12,705 bases of DNA from an uncultured Gammaproteobacteria bacterium. Lineage in GTDB: Bacteria; Patescibacteriota; Patescibacteriia; JAACEG01. The stretch lies in assembly GCA_964397635.1 (NCBI GenBank), contig CAYNJS010000024.1:1-12705 (forward strand), in the 5' to 3' direction. A program made the translations under genes and the position numbers. The notes under the pieces are model-generated. The model saw nothing but the letters and a program-made list of their open reading frames with translations, had not been told where the DNA came from and did not search any database. Every line of letters starts with the position of its first letter. Position 1 is the stretch's first letter. Shown here in pieces: positions 1-6,580 of the stretch.

Positions 1-1306
1 CCATATATTTATAGTCAGAATCAAACGGAATCTCGACTAATCTTTTTTCTGTGGCTTCTATGTCTTTTTTTACAAGCCCAGCTTGAATAGCTGCTAAATA
101 TAAAGCTTTTTCGGTCGATGTACCTCTAACGATTGATTCTTTTGTCTTATCATCTATTCCCTCCATAAAAACATTATTACAAAGAAGCCCTATTTTTAAA
201 GCCAAATAATGATTAGGAGCTTCTTCTATAACAATCCCTTCCAGTCCATTTTCCTTTGATTTTAAAATAAAATCTTCTGTAACAACCTGATCCACTCTCA
301 TTTCCCCTTGGGTTAGAGTTCCTGTTTTATCGGTACAAATAACAGAAACCGATCCCAGTGTTTCGGCTGCCATCATTTTTTTAACTAAACCATCTTGTTT
401 TAAAATTTTCTGCATCCCTATGGCCAGGATTACTACCATTGCCGGCAAAAGACCCTCTGGAATAGCAGCCACAACAACAGCAACTGAAGTTAAAAACATC
501 TCATATAAATCCCTTTTCATTAAAACTCCAAATAAAAAAATCAAAGCGTTAATAAAAACCAAAGCCAAGCCCAGATTCCTGCTAAATAATTTAATCTTCT
601 TTTGCAATGGAGAATCTATTTCTTCTACATCCTTAACTAATGCTGTTATTTTGCCAAGTTCTGTGTTTATTCCTGTCCCAACTACAAGAGCCTTGCCCTC
701 GCCCCTAACTACCACGGTTCCCGCATAAAGCATATTAACCCTTTCAGACAATGGGATGCCGGATTCAATTTTTTCTACCTGCTTGGCCTCTGGAACAGGT
801 TCACCTGTTAGAGCAGCCTCTCCTGTCTCTAGATTGTTAATTTCCAAAACTCTGGCATCAGCCGGAACCTTGTCTCCTTGTTTTAAAACTATTAAATCCC
901 CTTTTACAATTTCTGATGACGGAACAATTTTTTCTTTTCCGCTTCTAATAACTTCTATATCGTATTTAATCATGTTACGGAGCTTCGCTATAGCGTCGTC
1001 AGCCTTTTTCTCCTGGAAAAATCCTATTATAGTACTAAAAAAAATAACAAATAAAATAAAAAAGCCATCAAAAACATGGCCCGTAAAAAAACTAATTATC
1101 GCGGCAATAAATAAAATATATATAACCGGATTTTCAAATTGTTTTAACAAAAGCTCTAAAGAGGAAAGCTTTTTGCCTTTTGGCAATTCATTTTTACCAT
1201 AAGAAGCAAGGCGCTTTTTTGCCTCTTCTACACTAAGTCCTTTAATAGTTGTTTTTAATTCTCTTAGGGTTTGCTTAATGGTAAGAGAATGAAAAATTTT
1301 TCCCAT
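1..1306 (-). CDS. Cation-transporting P-type ATPase, N-terminal ~435 aa. The gene runs off the left edge of the window. It looks P2-type (Ca2+/Mg2+-like).
   Basis: The ORF track misses this gene because there is no stop codon inside the window. My minus-strand translation from the ATG at 1304-1306 reads MGKIFHSLTIKQTLRELKTTIKGLSVEEAKKRLASYGKNELPKG..., a cation-ATPase N-terminal domain. The frame continues through ...GTVVRGEGKALVVGTGINTELGKI... at about 660-720. It reaches the canonical phosphorylation motif ICTDKTGTLT at 311-331. It continues through ...GTSTEKALYLAAIQAG... near 120. The frame stays open from 1306 down to 1. Confidence 0.85.
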   Translation of the reverse strand, partial: MGKIFHSLTIKQTLRELKTTIKGLSVEEAKKRLASYGKNELPKGKKLSSLELLLKQFENPVIYILFIAAIISFFTGHVFDGFFILFVIFFSTIIGFFQEKKADDAIAKLRNMIKYDIEVIRSGKEKIVPSSEIVKGDLIVLKQGDKVPADARVLEINNLETGEAALTGEPVPEAKQVEKIESGIPLSERVNMLYAGTVVVRGEGKALVVGTGINTELGKITALVKDVEEIDSPLQKKIKLFSRNLGLALVFINALIFLFGVLMKRDLYEMFLTSVAVVVAAIPEGLLPAMVVILAIGMQKILKQDGLVKKMMAAETLGSVSVICTDKTGTLTQGEMRVDQVVTEDFILKSKENGLEGIVIEEAPNHYLALKIGLLCNNVFMEGIDDKTKESIVRGTSTEKALYLAAIQAGLVKKDIEATEKRLVEIPFDSDYKYM

Positions 1307-1307
1307 A

Positions 1308-2024
1308 TTACTTTAAATTTATTTCACCACCCTTAGCTAATTTTCTTTTAATAACTTTTTTATCAGAAATAATTTTTCCATCAACAATATGAATTATCCT
1401 TTCAGCATGCTCTGATGTGTAGGTTTCATGAGTAACTAAAATAACTGTTTTACCTTGTCTGTTTAAATCTTGTAAAATTTTCATTATTTGGACGCCTGAC
1501 CTTGAATCTAAATTTCCAGTTGGCTCATCAGCAAAAACAATTTCTGGATCGTTAATTAAGGCTCTTGCAATAGCCACTCGTTGTTTTTCCCCACCAGACA
1601 ATTGATTAGAATAATGATCAATCCGATGACTTAGTCCAACTACGTCCAAAACTTTTCTAGCTCTTCCATCTAAATCCCCAACATTCTCACTATAAAAAAG
1701 TGGCAACTTAACATTTTCCAATACGGTTGTCCTGGGCAAAAGGTTAAACGACTGAAAAATAAAACCAATCCTTTTATTACGAAGATTAGCCAATTCATTT
1801 TCATCTAATTTTTTTATATCTTTGCCCTCAAAAATATACTCTCCTGCTGTTGGCTTGTCTAAAAAACCTAAAATATGCATCAAAGTTGACTTGCCAGATC
1901 CAGAGGGCCCCATAATAGAAATAAATTCCCCTTTTTCTACAATAAAAGTAAGGCCGCGCAAAACTTTTGTCACGACCCCTAGAGAACAATATTCTTTTTT
2001 TAAATTCTTAACATCAATTAACAT
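1308..2024 (-). CDS. ABC transporter ATP-binding protein of the MacB/LolD type, encoded as a stand-alone ATPase
   Basis: The Walker A motif is GPSGSGKST. The ABC signature is LSGGEKQRVAIARAL. The Walker B motif is IVFADEPTGNLD, and the H-loop is VTHE. The N-terminus MLIDVKNLKKEY is typical of this family. The stop codon lies 1 nt before the P-type ATPase ATG. The start lies 17 nt after the stop of the upstream adaptor gene. Confidence 0.9.
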   Translation of the reverse strand: MLIDVKNLKKEYCSLGVVTKVLRGLTFIVEKGEFISIMGPSGSGKSTLMHILGFLDKPTAGEYIFEGKDIKKLDENELANLRNKRIGFIFQSFNLLPRTTVLENVKLPLFYSENVGDLDGRARKVLDVVGLSHRIDHYSNQLSGGEKQRVAIARALINDPEIVFADEPTGNLDSRSGVQIMKILQDLNRQGKTVILVTHETYTSEHAERIIHIVDGKIISDKKVIKRKLAKGGEINLK

Positions 2025-2041
2025 ATTAAAACGCTTCTGTT

Positions 2042-3955
2042 CTATTTTTTATCTTTAACTGAAATAACAATTTGTTGGCCCCGTTCTAGACCGCCTAAAA
2101 TTTCTAATATCCCTCCATCACCCCTAATACCAGTTACAACTTGAATTTCATTAACCTCGTTACCATCTAAAACTCTCACAATCCTAACCCCTTCTTTTTC
2201 AATAACAGCTCTTTGGGGCACAAATAAAGCGTTATCTTTTTGGGCGGTTAAAATATCAAGGTTAGCAGTCATTCCAGATCTAATTGACTTACCCTTCCTG
2301 TCTTCTAGGGAAACTTTAACCCTATAATAAATTACATCTTGAATCTTTGTTTCAGTTGGGTTAATAAAAAATATTTTGCCCATAAATATTTCCTCTTCGC
2401 CAAAGGCGTCAAAGGTTATTGTTGTAACCTGATTTAATTCTATTTTATCAATATCAGCTTCAGAAATATCAGCTTCAATAATAAGTTGTGGTGAAATAAT
2501 TACGGCAACTTTATCTGAAACAGTTATGTTTTCGCCGACATCTCCATTTATATTTACTATCACTCCATCAGTTGGGGCTCGTAAAATAGTTTTTTCTAAA
2601 TTTTTATTAGCTAAAGATAAAGACGCTTCGGCCTGAGCAACCTGAGCCTCAAGACTTGCAATGTCAACTTGTCTTGGCGGGGCTTTTTTAAGATCAAATG
2701 AAGCTCTTGTTGTTTCCAGCGCCTTTTTCTTTGCTTCAATTTCAAGCTCAGCATTCTTAATAGCGTTTTCTGTTTGTGATTTAACTGAATCTAGTGTATG
2801 AGCAGCTATTTCTTTATTTTTTAAAGCTATATCATAGCTGCTTTTATTGGTATCATAAGAAGCCTGCGCACTGTCAACATTGGTTTTCTGAGCAATTTCA
2901 GCAGAAATTAAAGCTTGTTTTTTTGTTTGTAATGTAGTTAATTCGGTGTTATTACCTATTCGATCAGTATCAATAGTTGTTTTAAAACCATCAAGAGTTG
3001 TTTGAGTTAAGTCCTTGGAAACAACTGAATTATTTAAAAGTATCCTGGTATTAAGAAGCGCATTATCAAGAGAATACAAGGCCCATTCCATATCTTCGGC
3101 AATTGATTTTATTAGATCTATAGAATTATCGCCGTCTAATTCAACATACCTTTCTTCTGCTATCCTGTAATCACTACGCGCATCCCGGTAAGATTGCTGA
3201 GCAGCTTCAAATGTAGTGCTCTTAAGCCTTCCTAATGAAGATTGAAATTCGTCATTAACATCCTCATCATCAACTCCCAAAATTTCATCCATGTCTATTA
3301 AATATTCATAAATCTTTAATAGATTTTTTTGCATCGCGACTTTTAATGACTCATAGCCATCATCTACTGTTTGCTTATTGGTTACAATAACGTTTTCTAA
3401 ATTCTTTTCACTGTTTAATAAAGTAACGTTAGCTGCCTCCAGTGAAACTTCAGCATTTTGAAGATCAAGCTCAGCCCTTTTAATATCCTCTCCTCCTGAT
3501 TCTTTAACGTTGTCCAAGCTGGTTTCTGCTATTCTTAATGCAACTTCAGCTGATTTAACGTTAGTTTCCGCAACTTTTATATCCTCAAGGGTTGCTCCGG
3601 CTTTTTTAAGATCTAAGTTGGCTCTAGCCGCAGCAAGTGATGCTTCGGCTTCCTGAACCTGAATCTTTTCATCGTTAGCCTCAAGCTCAGCTATTATATC
3701 ATCTCTTTTAATATTATCCCCTTCATTAAAACCTATCTTCTCTAGCTTTCCATTAATCTCAAAGTGTAGATCTGTAGTTAAATCAGAAATAATAGAACCA
3801 GTAACGGAAACTGTTCTAGTTATGGTTCCCTTCCTTACTTGTTCAGTGTTGTATTCAACTTTTTTACTCTCTAAAAATTTTATTGTCCCAACGCTGGCAA
3901 TAATCAAAAATACAATAAGAAAAAATATTTCCTTTTTGTAATACTTAAGTTTCAT
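2042..3955 (-). CDS. HlyD/MacA-family periplasmic adaptor (membrane fusion protein), 637 aa, with an exceptionally long coiled-coil hairpin
   Basis: There is an N-terminal transmembrane anchor (FFLIVFLIIASVGTI). The N-terminal lipoyl half is TVSVTGSIISD...GDNIKRDDIIAELE. The C-terminal lipoyl half is TILRAPTDGVIVNINGDVGE. A beta-barrel/MPD domain follows (LFVPQRAVIEKEG...). About 360 residues between the two lipoyl halves are heptad-like and rich in A, E, K and L. Confidence 0.85.
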   Translation of the reverse strand: MKLKYYKKEIFFLIVFLIIASVGTIKFLESKKVEYNTEQVRKGTITRTVSVTGSIISDLTTDLHFEINGKLEKIGFNEGDNIKRDDIIAELEANDEKIQVQEAEASLAAARANLDLKKAGATLEDIKVAETNVKSAEVALRIAETSLDNVKESGGEDIKRAELDLQNAEVSLEAANVTLLNSEKNLENVIVTNKQTVDDGYESLKVAMQKNLLKIYEYLIDMDEILGVDDEDVNDEFQSSLGRLKSTTFEAAQQSYRDARSDYRIAEERYVELDGDNSIDLIKSIAEDMEWALYSLDNALLNTRILLNNSVVSKDLTQTTLDGFKTTIDTDRIGNNTELTTLQTKKQALISAEIAQKTNVDSAQASYDTNKSSYDIALKNKEIAAHTLDSVKSQTENAIKNAELEIEAKKKALETTRASFDLKKAPPRQVDIASLEAQVAQAEASLSLANKNLEKTILRAPTDGVIVNINGDVGENITVSDKVAVIISPQLIIEADISEADIDKIELNQVTTITFDAFGEEEIFMGKIFFINPTETKIQDVIYYRVKVSLEDRKGKSIRSGMTANLDILTAQKDNALFVPQRAVIEKEGVRIVRVLDGNEVNEIQVVTGIRGDGGILEILGGLERGQQIVISVKDKK

Positions 3956-3967
3956 AAAAATATAATC

Positions 3968-4008
3968 CGAATACCGCGAATAAGTATGCGAATACTACGA
4001 ATAAAGTT
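3968..4008. repeat. Two tandem ~21-bp imperfect direct repeats, each carrying two CGAATA half-sites. This is a candidate regulator binding site in the leader of the adaptor/ABC operon.
   Basis: CGAATACCGCGAATAAGTAT sits at 3968-3987 and CGAATACTACGAATAAAGTT at 3989-4008. The period is 21 bp. CGAATA occurs four times with 9/12/9 spacing. This is a GC-containing island in an otherwise AT-rich intergenic region, 13-53 nt upstream of the adaptor ATG at 3955. Confidence 0.4.
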
Positions 4009-4075
4009 AAATAATTAATGTTTTTATTAAAATATTATCCTAAAAATCCTAAATGTCATAACTATCTTAAAAATC

Positions 4076-4765
4076 TTAATTATCAATTTTCCGTATTATC
4101 CCAATCGGGGTTGATTCATCCTCTTGCCCCAAAGGATTATCTTTTAAGATCGCCTTTAACTTTCTTTTATATGTCCTCTTGCTATTTCCTAAAATATTAA
4201 TTCCTAAATCATTAGCGTCAACTATTGCTACTTTTATATTAAATTTCTTCTCAATTCTCTTAACTACTTTTTGAGGATTACTTGGTCCCTTGCTAGCATA
4301 CTCATTATAAGGCGGAATTGCGTAAGGAACCGGTCCATCAATTGACCTGGCACCCTGCCCGGCAATTACATAAAAAACTCCTCTAAGTCCAAATGGTTTT
4401 GTAATAGCAGCCAAAAAAGCAGCAAACAAAATACGAAGAATTCCCGCCTCTTCAATGGCAAGTTGCATTGTCTCGGGCATAGCAAGGCCAATGCCTCCTG
4501 GATTCCTATACACATACTTACTCAGGAGCGTTGCCGCTTTTGAAGCTTTGATGTCAGATATCCGATAGGACCTCCCCTGCATTACAGAAACAATCTTCTC
4601 ACTTATAAACATTATATCATTTTTACCCATATGGGACAAGGCATATTTTTCAATTACTTGCTCTAAATTATCGCCCGGGATAATCAAGTGAGTTTTAACC
4701 GGATAACGATAAAATTTACCATATTTAGTGTTTATGATTAAATTTTTCCCTGGATTAGAACGCAT
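4076..4765 (-). CDS. CofE-like protein. It resembles the F420-0:gamma-glutamyl ligase family (the N-terminal domain of CofE/FbiB, Pfam PF01996) but is divergent and short.
   Basis: IIPGDNLEQVIEKYALSHMGKNDIMFISEKIVSVMQGR resembles the CofE N-terminal segment (GDDL...DVLVV.SKVVSKAEGR). VIAGQGARSIDGP resembles the AGIDxSN segment. KVAIVDANDLGINILG resembles the VIITDTHGRPWRLG segment. The C-terminus PIGIIRKI resembles PVVLVRG. These comparisons come from my memory of the family, not from a database search. No Shine-Dalgarno sequence is evident. Confidence 0.5.
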   Translation of the reverse strand: MRSNPGKNLIINTKYGKFYRYPVKTHLIIPGDNLEQVIEKYALSHMGKNDIMFISEKIVSVMQGRSYRISDIKASKAATLLSKYVYRNPGGIGLAMPETMQLAIEEAGILRILFAAFLAAITKPFGLRGVFYVIAGQGARSIDGPVPYAIPPYNEYASKGPSNPQKVVKRIEKKFNIKVAIVDANDLGINILGNSKRTYKRKLKAILKDNPLGQEDESTPIGIIRKIDN

Positions 4766-4790
4766 AAAAAAAGATTAAAAATTAGATATC

Positions 4791-4808
4791 GTCCCGGCTC
4801 GCCGGGAC
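4791..4808. terminator. GC-rich hairpin GTCCCGG-CTCG-CCGGGAC. It is a candidate intrinsic terminator for the upstream SEDS gene and is possibly bidirectional.
   Basis: This is a perfect 7-8 bp GC-rich inverted repeat in a very AT-rich context. It lies 15 nt downstream of the SEDS stop on the minus strand. On the plus strand it is followed by TCCTTAATTTTGATTTT. On the minus strand it is followed by GATATCTAATTTTTAATCTTTTTTT. Confidence 0.4.
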
Positions 4809-4823
4809 TCCTTAATTTTGATT

Positions 4824-5933
4824 TTAGGCTCTGCCCTTAGTATAACGACTAATGCTAGCAATTATACCAAAAGATCCCAAAAAAATCATTGCCGAAGACC
4901 CCCCTAAGCTAACCAGTGGCAGGGTTACTCCGGTTAAAGGCAAAATTCCAACCATTGCCCCAATATTAACTATACTTTGAATAGCAAACCAGCTAATAAT
5001 CCCCATTACTGTTAAAAAAGTAAACCTATCGGGCGAACTTCTGGCTATCTGATAACCCCTGTAAACAATAAAAGAAATCAACCCCATAAACAGAAAACAA
5101 ACAAAAAACCCTAACTCCTCGGCGATAATAGCAAAAATAGAGTCCCCCTCAACCTCAGGAAGGTATAAAAACTTTTGTTTTGAAGATCCAAAACCAACTC
5201 CCCACATCCCACCGGATCCAACTGCTAGAAAGGCCTGATTAATATGATAACCTATCCCCTTAACATCGTATTGAGGGTTCAAAAAAGATGTTAATCTGTT
5301 CTTTTGGTAATCTGGAGCAATTTGTAAAAATACAAAAACAAGTAATAACCCTATTAAAACCATTAAAGCTAAATGATCTTTTTTAGCTCCAGCTATAATA
5401 TATATCGCTATAGCTGTTAAGACAATAACCATAGCAGTTCCTAGGTCTGGCTGCATTAAAATTAACAACACAACGCCGCCTAATAACATGGAAAAAGGTA
5501 AAAAACCTTGATAAAAGTCCCTTATATTATCTTCCTTTCTTTTAGAGAACCACAGAGCTAAATATAAAATAAAAGCTAACTTGGCAATTTCCGAGGGCTG
5601 AAAAGATATTCCAAAAAAACTAAGCCAACTTCTGGCCTCACCATGGGATAGCCCAATAAATGGAATTAACACTAAAACAAGCAAAAATAAAGAAAAACCC
5701 ATAAACAAAGGGGTTATCTTCTTTAAAAACTCATAATCAAATCTAAAAAATATAAAAAACAATATTAACCCCGGAATAATCCCATGAAAAATCTGCTGCT
5801 TCACCTTAAAATAACTATCACCATAATCACGAAAAGAAACAACGCTACTGGCCGAAATCAAAGCCGCCAAACCAAAAACAACTAAAACTGCTAAAGACAA
5901 AATAAAAATATAATCAGGTGCGTGTGATTTCAT
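4824..5933 (-). CDS. SEDS-family peptidoglycan glycosyltransferase (FtsW/RodA/SpoVE)
   Basis: The protein has about 10 predicted transmembrane segments. The conserved SEDS blocks are present: QPSEIAKL, QPDLGTA, GSGGMWGVGFGSSKQKFLYLPEVEGDSIFAIIAEELG and LPLTGVTLPLVSLGGSS. A GGAG Shine-Dalgarno sequence sits 6 nt upstream of the ATG. Confidence 0.9.
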   Translation of the reverse strand: MKSHAPDYIFILSLAVLVVFGLAALISASSVVSFRDYGDSYFKVKQQIFHGIIPGLILFFIFFRFDYEFLKKITPLFMGFSLFLLVLVLIPFIGLSHGEARSWLSFFGISFQPSEIAKLAFILYLALWFSKRKEDNIRDFYQGFLPFSMLLGGVVLLILMQPDLGTAMVIVLTAIAIYIIAGAKKDHLALMVLIGLLLVFVFLQIAPDYQKNRLTSFLNPQYDVKGIGYHINQAFLAVGSGGMWGVGFGSSKQKFLYLPEVEGDSIFAIIAEELGFFVCFLFMGLISFIVYRGYQIARSSPDRFTFLTVMGIISWFAIQSIVNIGAMVGILPLTGVTLPLVSLGGSSAMIFLGSFGIIASISRYTKGRA

Positions 5934-5949
5934 AATTCTCCATATGTCG

Positions 5950-5980
5950 TTCCGGAAATTTTTACAAAAATTATCCGGAA
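5950..5980 (-). promoter_or_regulatory. A 31-nt near-perfect palindrome, TTCCGGAAATTTTTACAAAAATTATCCGGAA, in the 5' leader of the SEDS gene. It is a candidate operator or leader stem-loop.
   Basis: The arms TTCCGGA / TCCGGAA are perfectly complementary. The inner AATTTTT / AAAAATT arms are also complementary, with a 1-nt offset. The palindrome lies between a TATAAT -10 element (complement of 6000-6005) and the GGAG Shine-Dalgarno sequence. Confidence 0.4.
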
Positions 5981-5999
5981 TCTATTTTTTTACACCTTA

Positions 6000-6005
6000 A
6001 TTATA
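6000..6005 (-). promoter_or_regulatory. Consensus -10 hexamer TATAAT on the minus strand, upstream of the SEDS gene
   Basis: The plus strand reads ATTATA at 6000-6005, which is TATAAT on the minus strand. It sits about 67 nt upstream of the ATG at 5933. The upstream T-rich stretch contains only a weak -35 element (TTGTTT-like). Confidence 0.4.
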
Positions 6006-6016
6006 GCAAATTTTTA

Positions 6017-6062
6017 AAAAAAACAAAAACTAAAAAACCTCGTTGAATTTTCTTCAACGAGG
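6017..6062 (-). terminator. Rho-independent terminator that ends the small-gene pair, and possibly the secDF transcript
   Basis: The hairpin is CCTCGTTGAA-TTTTC-TTCAACGAGG at 6038-6062, with a perfect 10-bp stem. On the minus strand it is followed by TTTTTTAGTTTTTGTTTTTTTT. It sits 18 nt downstream of the zinc-ribbon gene stop. Confidence 0.8.
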
Positions 6063-6079
6063 CAAATTTCATTAAAAAA

Positions 6080-6256
6080 TTAGAGTTTAATTCCGCAATC
6101 AGGGCAATAGTTAGCCCCCCAACCTTTCTTTTCCTTGTGATATACTTCACAATTCGGTACTACCTTTACTTTTTCGTTTACAGCTTCGTCGCAATGCACA
6201 CAATACCTTGTGTAATTTATACCTACATGATGACTACATTCTCTCTTTTTTGGCAT
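6080..6256 (-). CDS. Small Cys/His-rich zinc-ribbon protein of 58 aa. It is not in the supplied ORF track.
   Basis: I translated the minus strand by hand. The protein is MPKKRECSHHVGINYTRYCVHCDEAVNEKVKVVPNCEVYHKEKKGWGANYCPDCGIKL*. It has two CxxC knuckles, YCVHC and YCPDC, plus extra Cys and His residues at C7, H9, H10, C36 and H40. A strong Shine-Dalgarno sequence TAGGGGGT sits 7 nt upstream of the ATG (complement of 6254-6256). The stop is the complement of 6080-6082. The terminator follows immediately. Confidence 0.6.
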   Translation of the reverse strand: MPKKRECSHHVGINYTRYCVHCDEAVNEKVKVVPNCEVYHKEKKGWGANYCPDCGIKL

Positions 6257-6273
6257 TATTCAACCCCCTAACA

Positions 6274-6507
6274 TTACGTTGCGACCAACACACGTTCAGC
6301 CTGTTCCTTTCGCAAAGCTTCAACTCCTTCTTTAAGCTCGATATGCTCAAGCGCAAGCCTGCCAAAATCATTTGGTTCACCCTTAGCATCAAGGCAATGA
6401 ATGAACATTTCTGAATTGTACTCCTGAAAAAAGGCAAATAATTCTGGGTGGCGGTCTTCCCACCTTTGATAAACAACTTTAGTACTTCCCTGATTTTCAT
6501 CTGTCAT
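6274..6507 (-). CDS. Hypothetical acidic protein of 77 aa
   Basis: The ORF-track product is MTDENQGSTKVVYQRWEDRHPELFAFFQEYNSEMFIHCLDAKGEPNDFGRLALEHIELKEGVEALRKEQAERVLVAT. A strong Shine-Dalgarno sequence AAGGAG sits 7-8 nt upstream of the ATG. The gene lies 17 nt upstream of the zinc-ribbon gene in the same orientation. I recognise no family. Confidence 0.55.
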   Translation of the reverse strand: MTDENQGSTKVVYQRWEDRHPELFAFFQEYNSEMFIHCLDAKGEPNDFGRLALEHIELKEGVEALRKEQAERVLVAT

Positions 6508-6580
6508 TTTTAATCTCCTTGGTCTAATTTATTTTTTATGATACTACCCCCTAGGAACACCTTATCTTATATTAATAAAA

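Noticed and set aside
420-1202. Plus-strand ORFs 420..728 and 756..1202
   Set aside because: They are antisense to a P-type ATPase reading frame that is clearly conserved, including DKTGTLT. The products are low-complexity and rich in T, S, P and K with no motifs. They are artefacts of the open antisense frame.
1822-2058. Plus-strand ORF of 78 aa
   Set aside because: It is antisense to the ABC ATPase and the adaptor 3' end. It has no Shine-Dalgarno sequence and no recognisable features.
4018-4200. Plus-strand ORF of 60 aa
   Set aside because: It overlaps the 3' end of the CofE-like gene on the opposite strand. The sequence is AT-rich and low-complexity. This is a spurious call.
6080-6256. 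Whether the 58-aa zinc ribbon is ribosomal protein L33/L32, or a ZAS anti-sigma domain
   Set aside because: L33 and L32 are much more basic. Their CxxC spacing and flanking residues differ: L33 has ...ECTEC...KYCPWC with 24 residues between the knuckles, and this protein has 28. The ZAS motif HxxxCxxC is absent, because the H-to-C distance here is 8 residues. The call stays a generic zinc ribbon.
6234-6500. Minus-strand ORF of 88 aa (MKIREVLKLF...) in another frame. There is also a plus-strand ORF at 6208..6414.
   Set aside because: Both overlap the 77-aa gene, which has a strong AAGGAG Shine-Dalgarno sequence, and the zinc-ribbon gene. Neither has its own Shine-Dalgarno sequence. Both are alternative-frame artefacts.
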